NCBI GenBank assembly: GCA_964432675.1
Contig: CAYSOG010000006.1
Location: 1,824-65,823 of the forward strand
Direction of reading: 5' to 3'
Source of the DNA: an uncultured Gammaproteobacteria bacterium
Lineage (GTDB): Bacteria; Patescibacteriota; Microgenomatia; CAYSOG01
Length of the DNA stretch: 64,000 nt
Part shown: positions 1-10,544 of the stretch, piece by piece
How the letters are laid out: every line of letters begins with the position of its first letter
Position numbering within the stretch: the stretch's first letter is position 1
Position numbers and translations under genes: made by a program
Notes under the pieces: generated by a model
The model's database searches: none
What the model was told of the DNA's origin: nothing
What the model saw: the letters and a program-made list of their open reading frames with translations, nothing else

Positions 1-774
1 TTCTTTCACAATGATAGGATCAGTCACAATGCCTTCAAGCGTTCGATCGACCTGCGGGTCGGAAGCTGCCAGCACCTTTGAATCATCAGGCAATGTATAT
101 GCGATTAAACTATTTTGCCGGGCAAAGTCATGAACAGTAACCTTGTCAAACCGTATACCATGGCCAATAATCCAAAGTTTTGCAAAATCAGCAACAGACA
201 AGTTTGTTGCCACCTGCCGGTTTATACCGCCGGTTAGAATTTCTGAAAAAAGCGTACCATAACCAAACAAGCGCACTCGCAGGGCTTGGACATTGTCGGC
301 TGAAAATGTTTGTGGTGCATTTAGCTTAACGAAACCGTCAATCGGCACACCAAAGACGTTTTGGGCAGTGGCAATAAAATCTTTACTGGCATTTTCCGGA
401 TTTTCTAATTTACCAACATCATAAATAGCAGAAAATCGGTATTTTGTGCCCGTTGCCGCATCACTGACATATAGATTACCTGGCATTAAAAAGACATCGG
501 CGACATTGGCAAGGTTGTCAATACTTACGAGCGCCACGCCGTCACCATAGTCGACCACCAAATTTGTTCGGCCATTATTAATAACACTATTACCACTTCG
601 TAATACCAAAAGCATTTTCCCTAACGATGTAAGATGCCAAAGCAGTAACCCAACCATAACGAAAACTGCAAGACCAAAAAATGCCTTATTAAATCTATTA
701 ACCACCCGCTGCTTCTCAACGCGGTGGACAACAGACATTTTTCGATGGCGTGGTCTGTGGGTAATCTTATTCAT
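1..774 (-). CDS. LytR/CpsA/Psr (LCP)-like membrane-anchored protein, runs off the window edge
   Basis: Hand translation from ATG 774: MNKITHRPR...AFFGLAVFVMVGLLLWHL (TM)...FLMPGNLYV...KYRFSAIYDVGKLE...NVFGVPIDGFV, LCP-like motifs. Confidence 0.55.
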   Translation of the reverse strand, partial: MNKITHRPRHRKMSVVHRVEKQRVVNRFNKAFFGLAVFVMVGLLLWHLTSLGKMLLVLRSGNSVINNGRTNLVVDYGDGVALVSIDNLANVADVFLMPGNLYVSDAATGTKYRFSAIYDVGKLENPENASKDFIATAQNVFGVPIDGFVKLNAPQTFSADNVQALRVRLFGYGTLFSEILTGGINRQVATNLSVADFAKLWIIGHGIRFDKVTVHDFARQNSLIAYTLPDDSKVLAASDPQVDRTLEGIVTDPIIVKE

Positions 775-821
775 AAACAGTAGTTCATTCTTTTTTACAA
801 AAATTGGCTATTTTAGGCTGT

Positions 822-2504
822 TTAATCCTCCAAATGGTTTTCTCGGTTTCTTCGATAAAACGCTAAGTCGTCCCAGTGTTCTGAAAGTAACCGAACAATT
901 CTTTGGCCTTCAAGAAGCAACGGAATAACCACCTCATGGGCACCGGCTTTGTACAAACTACCTGCTTCTTCTTCGTCGTTTGCGGCAACAATAATAATAG
1001 CGTCAGTTGTGGCTCGATGGACAAGTTCTAACAGCAATAAGTTGTCTTTGAGCTGGCGTATGGTTGATATAATCATGTCAGCCTCTTTGACATTGAGCTT
1101 TTCCACGACATCAGGGTCGGCAATGTCACCAAACACAACTCGGTACCCTTCATGTTCCAGTTTCTTGATAAGCTCCGGATTGTAATCGACGACTAATAGC
1201 TTATCGCCAATTTTTTCCTTCAAAAATTCCAAAAGGGGCTCACCTGCATTATGGGCACCAATAATAACGGTGTGGTGGTTTAACTCAGCTTTTGATTTAA
1301 CTGAAGCATGCTTCGTGCCCTTGCGTTCAAGGGCTATCAACAATTTACTCAGGACTGGATAAAAATGGTCATTTTGGTTTACGAATATCGAAGAAACGAG
1401 CACGGTTAAGACAGTTGTGGCGGCCATAACTGACACCATATTTGCGCTCACAAGGCCATACTGGCTGGCAGCCGCAAACAAGATGACCGAGAATTCAGAA
1501 ATTTGTGAAAGTGATGTTGCTGTGTGGTATGTGGTAAAACGGCGAAAACGTAAGAGTGAAAGAATGCAGATAAATAGCAATGGCTTAATAAATATAGCGA
1601 TAGCTGAAAATAACAATATTATTGGTAATTCTTGAACAACTTTTGAGAAAACGATTCCCATGCCCAAGTTAATAAAAAACAAAGCAATAAAGAAATCGCG
1701 AAGCGGTTTTAACCGGCCTGCGATTTGAAACCGGTATGGTGATGATGCCAAGCTTAAGCCACCTAGAAAAGCCCCAATTTCTAACGAAAAACCGAGAATA
1801 TTAGCTAGCGCGATGAAGATGAAGCACCAAGATATGGCCGAAAAAAACAAGAGTTCAGGGCTTTTGGCGATTAACGAGAACAACTTATTGATAAATACTT
1901 TACTGAGAAATAGGATAATTGCAACAAAGGCAATGGTTTTTGCACCTAGAATGAAGAATGGCGAAAAGTTGGCAATCCCCTGGGTTGCAAGTGATGCAGT
2001 TAAAGACAAAACCATCAACGCCAATATTGCGACCAGGTCTTCAATAAGCAGAATACCAATCGCTATTCGACCATGGAGCGTGGTTATTTCCTGCTTATCG
2101 ACAAGCAATTTAATAATGACTATCGTACTGCTAAATGAGAGCGCCAAACCGATAAAGACCGCCTCTAGGGTAGCAAATCCCAAAAAGCTCACCAATACTG
2201 CTACTAATGTAGTCGTCAAGGCCATTTGGGTAAGACTGGCCAGAATAATCGGTTTGCCAACGAGACGTAATTCGCGGATATCAAGCTCTATACCAATCAA
2301 AAAGAGTAAAAAAGCGATACCAATTGAGGGTAGCTGTTCTAAAATCCCATGGGCATTGCCGGCGTTTAATTGAAAGAAGCTAATCGCCACACCGGTAATA
2401 ATATACGCTGCCACAAGGGGTTGTTTTAAAAAATACAAAACAATACCACACGAAGTGGCAACGCCTAAAACAAGCGCAAATTGTATAAAGATATCAGTCT
2501 GCAT
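822..2504 (-). CDS. CPA2 family cation:proton antiporter (Kef-type) with C-terminal TrkA_N/RCK domain
   Basis: Many TM helices, LFLIGIELD, SSTIVIIKLL, GILLIEDL, LEIGAFLGG; C-terminal Rossmann VIIGAHNAG and VFGDIAD; start trimmed to MQTDIF. Confidence 0.92.
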   Translation of the reverse strand: MQTDIFIQFALVLGVATSCGIVLYFLKQPLVAAYIITGVAISFFQLNAGNAHGILEQLPSIGIAFLLFLIGIELDIRELRLVGKPIILASLTQMALTTTLVAVLVSFLGFATLEAVFIGLALSFSSTIVIIKLLVDKQEITTLHGRIAIGILLIEDLVAILALMVLSLTASLATQGIANFSPFFILGAKTIAFVAIILFLSKVFINKLFSLIAKSPELLFFSAISWCFIFIALANILGFSLEIGAFLGGLSLASSPYRFQIAGRLKPLRDFFIALFFINLGMGIVFSKVVQELPIILLFSAIAIFIKPLLFICILSLLRFRRFTTYHTATSLSQISEFSVILFAAASQYGLVSANMVSVMAATTVLTVLVSSIFVNQNDHFYPVLSKLLIALERKGTKHASVKSKAELNHHTVIIGAHNAGEPLLEFLKEKIGDKLLVVDYNPELIKKLEHEGYRVVFGDIADPDVVEKLNVKEADMIISTIRQLKDNLLLLELVHRATTDAIIIVAANDEEEAGSLYKAGAHEVVIPLLLEGQRIVRLLSEHWDDLAFYRRNRENHLED

Positions 2505-2628
2505 GGGCAGCAACAAAAATCAAAAAGTAAAAAATTAAAAATCAACATTATTATCCGAGCATTCCAGACACATGAAACGACACTGCCAATATACGGCTAT
2601 GGGATCGCCTGACGCACTTACAAAATTG

Positions 2629-3387
2629 CTAATTGTTAATCTTCAACCTTTTTAACGCTTCCTCAAGGTCAAACGGCAATGGCGATGAAAATATCATTAC
2701 CTTTCCTGTTTCCGGGTGCTCTAATGATAATTTTTCAGCATGGAGAAACTGCCTGGCACACCATAACAAATCAAGTTTGAGTAACTTCCTGCTACCATAT
2801 ACTGTATCAGATACAATAGGATGCCGTAAAGAATGAAGATGAACGCGCAGTTGGTGGGTACGACCGGTCTTCGGGAAAAGACGGACAAGGCTGTATGCAA
2901 CTGCCTGTTGCTGATAATAGCGCCGCTGGTTTTTATTCAACTGGGGCAGTAAATGCTGGATTGTTTCGGCCGGCATTTCGTAGGTTTGTTCAACTTGCCA
3001 CCGCGTTTCAGATTCCCTGCCATTTGCAAGAACAGTAAACTTATGTCGATTATACGGATTTCGGGCAATACTAACCTTAATTTCCCCTTCTGGCTTCTCG
3101 AAGTAATTATGTGTTAGGGCAACGTATTCCTTCCGCACTTGTCTGCCAGCAAATTGGGCTTGTAGGTTTGCCATGGCCGCTGCTGTTTTCGCAAGAACCA
3201 GTAACCCCGACGTATCTTTGTCTAGTCGATGAACAATACCAGCACGTTCTATCTTGCGATGAAACTCTTTCTCAAGGTACGCTTCTAATGTTTCTTCCTT
3301 TTGGGTTTCCGCACGGTTTACAACTAGTCCTGCAGGTTTATCTATAACAAGAAGAAATTCATCTTCGTAGATGACAACAAGTTGCAT
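2629..3387 (-). CDS. RluA/RluD family pseudouridine synthase (no S4 domain)
   Basis: IDKPAGLVV, GIVHRLDKDTSGLL, TGRTHQLRVH, FLHA motifs. Confidence 0.93.
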   Translation of the reverse strand: MQLVVIYEDEFLLVIDKPAGLVVNRAETQKEETLEAYLEKEFHRKIERAGIVHRLDKDTSGLLVLAKTAAAMANLQAQFAGRQVRKEYVALTHNYFEKPEGEIKVSIARNPYNRHKFTVLANGRESETRWQVEQTYEMPAETIQHLLPQLNKNQRRYYQQQAVAYSLVRLFPKTGRTHQLRVHLHSLRHPIVSDTVYGSRKLLKLDLLWCARQFLHAEKLSLEHPETGKVMIFSSPLPFDLEEALKRLKINN

Positions 3388-3408
3388 ATTATCTCTTGGC
3401 GCTTTACG

Positions 3409-4287
3409 CTATTTTATGAAATATTGATAAAAGGTATTTGACAGCTGGGCTTCAGTTTCTATACCGTCTTGCGGCGTCGACAAACCCTTGGCCATCAAAA
3501 CAATAACGTAGACTTGTTTGCCCGCGGTAACAATACCGATATCATGGCGGACATCATCTAAATCACCCGTCTTGTCAGCAACAGTTACACTGGCTGGTAA
3601 GTATTTTGCTATACGGTCGGCAATTTGCTGTTTGGCCATTAGTGTATAAATATTGTCACGAGCGGATTTTGACATACCTTGGCCATTGTAAATTTTTTCA
3701 AGCAGCACCATCATATCTTTTGGTGTGGTTGTAAAGTGATTATCAAAATAGGTGTTTTGCATGCCTAAACTATTTGTGAATTGTTGGATTTTCGGCCAGC
3801 CTAAAATGGCGGCTAAATTTTCGGCTAAATCTTCCTCGCTTCTTGTAATAATCGGTTCCCTACCGGTTGCGACCGTAAATCCAGCGCCTAAATCTGCATT
3901 AGGATCAAGGTTGCCCTTTTCCTCCTCAACATACGATGTCAAAACCAGCGGCACTTTGTATGTTGACGCCATTAAAAACGGTTCGTTTTCATTTTGGAAA
4001 AAAGTTTCGCCAGTGGTTAAATTTTTGACAGCAATGCCAAATGTCCCAGGTGTCGTGCTTTCCAGCGTTGTAACTTTCTCTTTCAGTGGTAAATCAGCCG
4101 GAAGTGCAATCGGCGTACCCGGTGGCCGACTAGTAGCCGAATCTTGGGCCTGGACATTACCTGTATCTGGCCGGTGTTGTGGTAGTTGCTTTGTGTCATT
4201 CTTAAACCAAACGAAGCCTGCTATGACAGAACTAAGTAATATACACAAAATGAATAACCGGTAGTAGGCGTTATTTTTTCGACGCAT
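3409..4287 (-). CDS. Class A beta-lactamase-like serine hydrolase / PBP-like protein, membrane anchored
   Basis: N-terminal TM; MASTYK (SxxK), TTPKDM, DKTG, RHDIGIV; the SDN loop appears as SEE. Confidence 0.85.
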   Translation of the reverse strand: MRRKNNAYYRLFILCILLSSVIAGFVWFKNDTKQLPQHRPDTGNVQAQDSATSRPPGTPIALPADLPLKEKVTTLESTTPGTFGIAVKNLTTGETFFQNENEPFLMASTYKVPLVLTSYVEEEKGNLDPNADLGAGFTVATGREPIITRSEEDLAENLAAILGWPKIQQFTNSLGMQNTYFDNHFTTTPKDMMVLLEKIYNGQGMSKSARDNIYTLMAKQQIADRIAKYLPASVTVADKTGDLDDVRHDIGIVTAGKQVYVIVLMAKGLSTPQDGIETEAQLSNTFYQYFIK

Positions 4288-4342
4288 GTTCTTATCTTAC
4301 CGCATTTAGGCTCGGCAGGAAAGCCGCAGCGCTCTCATAGCC

Positions 4343-5554
4343 TTACCCAAGCCATACATCCTTTAATTTTAGAAGCTGTCCGTCCAATATGGCCTGACGC
4401 ATCTGGGCTACGAGGTGCACCAAAAAATAGACATTGTGATATGTAGCTAAATGGTAGCCGGTGAGTTCGTTTGTCACAAAGAGATGGCGTAAATAAGCCC
4501 GTGAGAAATTCTGGCAGGTATAACACATGCAGGTTTTATCGATTGGTGCCTTATCGCTACGGAATTGTGTATTGAAAATATTAAGCCGGAACTTATTTTT
4601 TGCATTGCCGCCCGATTTGGGACTAATGAGAAGAGCTCCATTTCTGGCCCACCGCGTTGGTGTAACGCAATCGAACATATCCATGCCGCGCTCGATACAG
4701 TTGAAGAGATCATCGATGTCGCCGATGCCTAAGAGGTGCCGCGGCTTATCTTCCGGCAAGAACGGTTCTACCCATTCACAGGTTTCGTACATGATTGGCT
4801 TTGGCTCCCCCACCGAAACACCGCCGATACATATCCCGTCGACCGCTAAATTAGCGATGAATTTTGCGCTTTCTTTCCGGAGTGAGCGTGAAATACCACC
4901 TTGGACGATGCCAAAAAGAAGCTGGTGCTGACTGGACTGTAGTCTTGTATGTTCATCCAGTGACCGGACAGCCCAGCGGTGTGTTCGATCAGTTGCGGCA
5001 TGAGTATATTCGTCGGTGGATGGATACGGCGGGCACTCATCAAACGCTAAAATAATGTCGGCGCCTAACTTATGCTGCGTTTGGATCGATATTTCCGGCG
5101 TAAACCGATGGACTGAGCCATCAATATGCGATTGGAATGTCACCCCATCTTCATCTATTCTTGCTAAGAGATCGATATCCCCCACTCCTTCTATAGTGGC
5201 CCGGACTTTCTTCCCGTTTTGCGCTTCCCGCTTTCCGCTTTTCCCCAGTCCGAGCGAAAACACTTGAAAACCACCCGAATCAGTTAAGATCGGTTTATCC
5301 CAAGACTGAAAGGCATGAACGCCTCCAAGTTTTTGGACCAAATCAGCCCCTGGGCGTAAATAAAGATGGTAAGTATTATTTAGGATAATTTGGGCGCCAA
5401 TTTCATCCAATTCCTTTGGCGTCAAACTTTTTACCGTTGCCTGTGTGCCCACCGGCATAAATACCGGTGTCTGAATTCGTCCATGCGCCGTTTCAAAAAA
5501 ACCCGCCCGGGCTTTTGTTTTGCTGTCTTGTTGTTCAATTTGAAATATGCCCAT
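4343..5554 (-). CDS. tgt: tRNA-guanine transglycosylase (queuine tRNA-ribosyltransferase)
   Basis: TPVFMPVGT, NTYHLYLRPG, LTDSGGFQVFSL, FDEC, GIVQGG, DMFDCV, CxCxxC zinc site; start MGIFQ 8 nt after a TAGAAT box. Confidence 0.97.
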   Translation of the reverse strand: MGIFQIEQQDSKTKARAGFFETAHGRIQTPVFMPVGTQATVKSLTPKELDEIGAQIILNNTYHLYLRPGADLVQKLGGVHAFQSWDKPILTDSGGFQVFSLGLGKSGKREAQNGKKVRATIEGVGDIDLLARIDEDGVTFQSHIDGSVHRFTPEISIQTQHKLGADIILAFDECPPYPSTDEYTHAATDRTHRWAVRSLDEHTRLQSSQHQLLFGIVQGGISRSLRKESAKFIANLAVDGICIGGVSVGEPKPIMYETCEWVEPFLPEDKPRHLLGIGDIDDLFNCIERGMDMFDCVTPTRWARNGALLISPKSGGNAKNKFRLNIFNTQFRSDKAPIDKTCMCYTCQNFSRAYLRHLFVTNELTGYHLATYHNVYFLVHLVAQMRQAILDGQLLKLKDVWLG

Positions 5555-5660
5555 ACTGGCCAATTCTACCAGAACAAGTATGAGGGAACAATCAAAAGTG
5601 GAATTTCCACGTACTGTCACCTTGAATTACAAGTTCATTTTTCTTATACTAAATAACATT

Positions 5661-6794
5661 ATGACAACACAAAGTGAAACAGAAGTGAAAGCTACACAAC
5701 AAGAAGCGCTTGATGCAATGCTCACTGACTGGGCGACAAGTACGGAAACAGAAGTTAGTCCGAACTTAGTCTCAAAAGGGATTAATCTTTTGCCAGCACT
5801 CGGTACTCATCTAACACAAGACCTACCTATTCAAGAACTTGAAAGATATGAGGAAGTTTTTAAAGCGGTGTTAGCAAATATTCTTAAAGACGGCCCAGTT
5901 GACGGTGATTCCGCTAGACGTTTAGCACAATTCCAAAATGAGATCGGCTTTTTAGACAAATACAAATCATACACCATTAAGGCTGCTACACCACTAGGTT
6001 ACTCAATCTTTTTGCAAGAACAGGGCGAAGGTTTTAGTTATCAACAACACCCAGATCATAAAATCGAGGGTTTTCATATTCTCAAAAAGAAACCCGGAGG
6101 ATTCATGTTTATATGTAGTCTGAATGAATGGCAAGAAGTTTATGACAAAGAACGGTTTGCAAAATGGCTTGACGGCACCCCAGATGAGGCATATGACAAG
6201 TTCCGCTACGACCCTGAACCAGGCGATATGCTCATAATGGATCAGACTGGAATTGTTCATACCGTTGTCGGCTGCGAGTTACAAGAGTTCGCGACTGTTT
6301 CAACTGATATGGTTGACCGATTATACGATCAGAATGCCGGCAAACCAATCCCTTCAAAATATAATCGGCAATATGCCATTAATGAAATCAATCAAATTAC
6401 ATTCCCTACTCACGCCCGCAATGTCTATCGAGATGAAAATGGCTGGCATGCAGAACCAATATCACCAGAACCAATAAAAGGCGGGCAAATGCTTCGACTA
6501 GCCCATATCGGGGACGCTATAGCCACGCAACTAACGGTGGATCCACAACAAAAAACTGACATCATGCACGATACAATAAACTGTGCAGAAATTTATATTG
6601 CAAATGGCAACGGAAAGCTTATTCTGGCCGATGACACAGAGATGAAAGGCAGCAACTTACCAACAATTGAGGCAAAAAAGGGGAATTTATTTTTTATTCC
6701 AGCAGGGTCACATTATGGATTTATTAATGAATCCTCTGATCCTTTTATATTGACACAGCACCAAATACCACTTGAAGTAGCATTCCATCAATAA
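5661..6794 (+). CDS. Two-cupin-domain protein (sugar isomerase-like), function unknown
   Basis: FSYQQHPDHKIEGFHIL...PGD...GIVH cupin motif; second cupin EIYIANGNG...FFIPAGSHYGF; start MTTQ after TATACT. Confidence 0.6.
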   Translation: MTTQSETEVKATQQEALDAMLTDWATSTETEVSPNLVSKGINLLPALGTHLTQDLPIQELERYEEVFKAVLANILKDGPVDGDSARRLAQFQNEIGFLDKYKSYTIKAATPLGYSIFLQEQGEGFSYQQHPDHKIEGFHILKKKPGGFMFICSLNEWQEVYDKERFAKWLDGTPDEAYDKFRYDPEPGDMLIMDQTGIVHTVVGCELQEFATVSTDMVDRLYDQNAGKPIPSKYNRQYAINEINQITFPTHARNVYRDENGWHAEPISPEPIKGGQMLRLAHIGDAIATQLTVDPQQKTDIMHDTINCAEIYIANGNGKLILADDTEMKGSNLPTIEAKKGNLFFIPAGSHYGFINESSDPFILTQHQIPLEVAFHQ

Positions 6795-6830
6795 AACATA
6801 AACGGTTGGAGTGTAAAAAGTAGATAACTA

Positions 6831-6859
6831 TTGCCAATACAGAGATTTTTCGCTATAAT
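6831..6859 (+). promoter_or_regulatory. Sigma70-type promoter with no credible CDS directly behind it
   Basis: TTGCCA-N17-TATAAT. Confidence 0.7.
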
Positions 6860-6863
6860 CCCC

Positions 6864-7035
6864 GTAAGAAGTATAATTTACTCGCTCTTTCAGAAATTGA
6901 TCTTTCAGATACCGAAGATGAACCTGGCCACCAAAGCTTTGGCTAATATAGAGCGGTCACCGCCTTTGGTGGCCAGAAAATCTCTGGTATCTTTTATTTT
7001 ACCAAAATTCCCCCAATTTCATAAGTCTTATACGT
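6864..7035 (+). ncRNA. Putative structured small RNA or attenuator
   Basis: Follows the promoter; long stem AGATACC..CTGGCCACCAAAG / CTTTGGTGGCCAG..GGTATCT followed by a T-rich tract; outer GAAATTG/CAATTTC pairing. Confidence 0.4.
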
Positions 7036-7138
7036 CTGATATGTCCAATAGGACTTAATGCCCCTTGCATTTCTGCTTGACCACCTTAGAAGTAATAAGC
7101 TTTAAAGCCACTTCCCTAACTGAACTTTTAAACAGGTC

Positions 7139-7167
7139 TTGACACGTTTAGAACAAACAAATACAAT
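7139..7167 (+). promoter_or_regulatory. Sigma70-type promoter, probably giving a leaderless mRNA
   Basis: TTGACA-N17-TACAAT, ATG 8 nt after the -10 box. Confidence 0.75.
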
Positions 7168-7175
7168 CCATATCA

Positions 7176-10100
7176 ATGTTTTTTAGGCTTGGGTTACCTG
7201 CCGGCCTATTATTTTTTACCTTTTTTATCCTGCTCCCCCACCCCGTGTTCGCTGCGTCGTGGCAAAAAGTTAGCAATTTGCCAACCACAAATATTAGTAG
7301 TTTTGCTTCAATTGACGCTGGTATATTTGCAGCTGATAATCAGACGACTTTTTCAAGACAATCTGAAAACGGTATTTACCAAATTTTAGTGGACGGATCA
7401 GCTGCGACAAAGACTTTCTCTAATTCACAGTTTTGGGTTAATAGTTTAATTTCGGTTGGTAATACCATGTATGCCACAACTTTTCAGGACACTACTTTCG
7501 GCCAAGGCGGCGTTTATAAATCTGTTGATAATGGCGCATCGTGGCAATTAACTAGTCTAACCCCAACGCATACAAAGTATTTAGCTGGAAATTCAGCCGT
7601 ACTTTTGGCCGCAAGTAATACAACAATGTGGCGTTCGGCTGATAGCGGTGCTACTTGGACACCAGTTATGCAGTTTGGTTCATTCGAACAGTTTTTAGCA
7701 ATTTCCATTGCTGGCAACACTGCTTTCGCATCCAGTACAAATGCTTTATATCGTTCGACAGATGGTGGCACAAACTGGCAAGCTATCACTATTCCTCAAC
7801 TGACCAAACAGTTCTTAGGCCAAAACGGTAATCTTGTATTAGCTGGCGGAAATGCCCAAGGCTTAATGCGGTCAACTGACAGTGGCAATTCATGGCAAAT
7901 TATTAATGATGCTTCGTATGGCGGTGAACAACCAGTTGGACCATTTACTTTTGCACCAAATGGAAATATTTATGCCGGTGGCTATACCATGTCATCTGGC
8001 GGCTACAATACCGGAACGATGTTTTCTTCTTCAGACAATGGCGCAACATGGACAAAAATTGATGCCGGTATTACCCATAGTCTTTCAAGCACACAAGCTG
8101 TCCAGGCAGTTTTAGCAACTTCTAACAAAGTATTCATATCACTTTTGCAAGGTGACGTATTTGTTTTGGACACAACGCCGCCACTTGCTCCAGCTAAAAC
8201 ACCACTCATTTTAATTCCGGGCATTGGTGGCAGCGAATTTACCGCTTCTTCTGCCATTACTCATGCTGCAACCGATGGCCATGGTGGCACTTTTTCACAC
8301 AACTATGATGCTGGAGAATTACTGTGGGTTAATATCGCGCAAGCCTTACTACCTGGTACCGATGATTACTTTGATGTTTTACGCATGAATACAGATGGTA
8401 CTACACCCTTACACAATGAAGTTACTTTAGATGGCAGTGTTGTACCACAGGCATATGGCAATTTTGTGAAGTTCTTTACGGATAATGGTTATGTGTTGAA
8501 CAAGGATTTGTTCCTTTATCCATATGATTGGCGTAAAGATGTTACAATATCAGCTTTTTTACTGGATGGTCGCGTTAACCAAGTATTACAACAAACTGGT
8601 ACCACAAAGGTCGATATTGTCGCCCACAGTTTAGGTGGTCTTATTGCAAGAAAGTATACTGCCGATGCCAGTAATGCTACAAAGGTCCGAAAGCAAATAA
8701 CACTCGGTGCACCATTTTTAGGATCTGTTAACTCTCTTAAAGCTCTACGTTATGGAACCTGTGTTGATTACATACTCTTAAATAATTGCATGGGTATTAA
8801 TAAGGAAGAAATTAAGGATGTTGTCCAAAACATGACGAGCAACTTTGAACTTTTACCAGACCAAAATTACTATACTATTTACGATAATTCAGACAGGAAT
8901 CACCCCTATCCATTCCGTGATGATCGAGATATTGATAATAATGGCGTAACCGGTGCTTTAAATTATGATCAAACGAAAACCCTATTAACTAATCTGCAGC
9001 ATAATACTTCGTTATTTAATCCATCGGAGCAATTTCACACAGTCGACAATACCCTAGCCCAAACAAATGGCGTCGAAATATATACTATCGCTGGCTCTGG
9101 TAAATGTACTCTTGGCAATGTTAGAGAGTTTTCGAAAATAAACTTCTTAGGGCAAGCAGTAAATAAAACCGAAGAAAGTACTATTAATGGCGACGGGACG
9201 GTGCCACTTTTTAGTGCCTCGTTAACTGATACCACAAAAAACTTTAACCTTGCAGGTCAAACTAAGGTCTATTATACGAATCAAGAACACAGCGCGTTAA
9301 CAAGCAATGGCTCTGCCCTGCAACTTGCGAAAGCGATCCTAAATGGTGACTCTACCCTACCAACTGGAGTTAGTAGTAGTGCTTACAAAGCAAGCTGCAA
9401 GCAAATTAGCGTCTTAAGCCCGGTGACTGTCGATGTTTATGACACAAATGGCAATCATACTGGTCCTACAGCTAATGGTGGTTTTGAAACGAATATTCCA
9501 GGCAGCAGTTATGATGAAATTAACGAAGGCAAAACGGTAGTTTTACCAGAAGATGGCCAGTACACAATAAAGTTAAAGGCTACTGATAACGGCTCGTTCG
9601 ACCTGAAAGTGAAAGATATTACCAATGATGCACCCACGCAAGAATTAGTTTACTCAGATGTACCAATAACATTAAGTTCTGCGGCAACACTTGTTGTTGA
9701 CCAATCCCAGCCGTCTCCACAATTACAACTTGATAGTAATGGTGATGGCACAACTGATCAAAACATATCCCCCACTACCTTAGCCGGTAATACGGCAAAT
9801 GACACGGCTGCTCCAAAAACGTCTATAAATGTATCAGGTACACAAGGATATGGGAATTGGTATAAAAGCAGTGTTACAGTGACATTACAAGCGAATGATG
9901 AAATAGGCGGATCTAGTGTTGCCAAAACAGAATATTCACTTGATGGCGGTAAAACTGTTCAATTATATAACCAGCCATTTGTTATATCTGCGGAAGGGAC
10001 GACAAATCTAAAAGTTCGTTCAATGGATAATGCCGGTAATCAAGAAGTGTTCGTAACGAAAGATATATTAATAGATAAAACGCCACCTGAAGCTATAATC

Positions 10101-10544
10101 AGTTATAACCCTGCGACACAGAACATTGAAGTAACAGCAAGCGATAATCAACCGTACCAACCCTCTTTGAATGACGCTGGCAGTACAATTACTATTCAAG
10201 ATGCAGCCGGTAATACTACAGTGTTACAAGTTTCACGCCAAAATACCCAAAAAGGGTTAAAACTTGTCGTTTCGTCAATTCAATATAACTCACTTTCGCC
10301 GACTATTCTACCTGGAGACTTTCTGACAGTAACAGGGCAAAGTAGCATACAAAGGAATACAAAATTAGGTCAATCTGCTAATTTATATAACGAGGAGAAA
10401 GTCAGTGCGCAATATGATCCGACTACGAACACGACATCGATAATAAATAAACTGGTGAATGCAAAACGTCAAACCGAAACACGACAGGGACTTGTATTAA
10501 TAAAAATGGCAACTGCAAACGGTAGCTTAAGTATTATTTATTAG
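7176..10544 (+). CDS. Large secreted protein: BNR/Asp-box beta-propeller + LCAT/phospholipase-like alpha/beta hydrolase + Ig-like domains
   Basis: Signal peptide (VFA|ASW); SxDxGxTW repeats; IPGIGGSE, YPYDWR, AHSLGG (nucleophile), GAPFLGS, GDGTVP, EH; DxxAPxT and YSLDG Ig-like repeats. Confidence 0.82.
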   Translation: MFFRLGLPAGLLFFTFFILLPHPVFAASWQKVSNLPTTNISSFASIDAGIFAADNQTTFSRQSENGIYQILVDGSAATKTFSNSQFWVNSLISVGNTMYATTFQDTTFGQGGVYKSVDNGASWQLTSLTPTHTKYLAGNSAVLLAASNTTMWRSADSGATWTPVMQFGSFEQFLAISIAGNTAFASSTNALYRSTDGGTNWQAITIPQLTKQFLGQNGNLVLAGGNAQGLMRSTDSGNSWQIINDASYGGEQPVGPFTFAPNGNIYAGGYTMSSGGYNTGTMFSSSDNGATWTKIDAGITHSLSSTQAVQAVLATSNKVFISLLQGDVFVLDTTPPLAPAKTPLILIPGIGGSEFTASSAITHAATDGHGGTFSHNYDAGELLWVNIAQALLPGTDDYFDVLRMNTDGTTPLHNEVTLDGSVVPQAYGNFVKFFTDNGYVLNKDLFLYPYDWRKDVTISAFLLDGRVNQVLQQTGTTKVDIVAHSLGGLIARKYTADASNATKVRKQITLGAPFLGSVNSLKALRYGTCVDYILLNNCMGINKEEIKDVVQNMTSNFELLPDQNYYTIYDNSDRNHPYPFRDDRDIDNNGVTGALNYDQTKTLLTNLQHNTSLFNPSEQFHTVDNTLAQTNGVEIYTIAGSGKCTLGNVREFSKINFLGQAVNKTEESTINGDGTVPLFSASLTDTTKNFNLAGQTKVYYTNQEHSALTSNGSALQLAKAILNGDSTLPTGVSSSAYKASCKQISVLSPVTVDVYDTNGNHTGPTANGGFETNIPGSSYDEINEGKTVVLPEDGQYTIKLKATDNGSFDLKVKDITNDAPTQELVYSDVPITLSSAATLVVDQSQPSPQLQLDSNGDGTTDQNISPTTLAGNTANDTAAPKTSINVSGTQGYGNWYKSSVTVTLQANDEIGGSSVAKTEYSLDGGKTVQLYNQPFVISAEGTTNLKVRSMDNAGNQEVFVTKDILIDKTPPEAIISYNPATQNIEVTASDNQPYQPSLNDAGSTITIQDAAGNTTVLQVSRQNTQKGLKLVVSSIQYNSLSPTILPGDFLTVTGQSSIQRNTKLGQSANLYNEEKVSAQYDPTTNTTSIINKLVNAKRQTETRQGLVLIKMATANGSLSIIY

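Noticed and set aside
3409-4287. Antibiotic-resistance beta-lactamase
   Set aside because: The SDN loop is altered and no clear Glu166 omega-loop motif is present; a PBP-like hydrolase is more likely.
6831-7058. 75-aa ORF in the track
   Set aside because: Its TTG start is the -35 box of a promoter, and the region is better explained as structured RNA.
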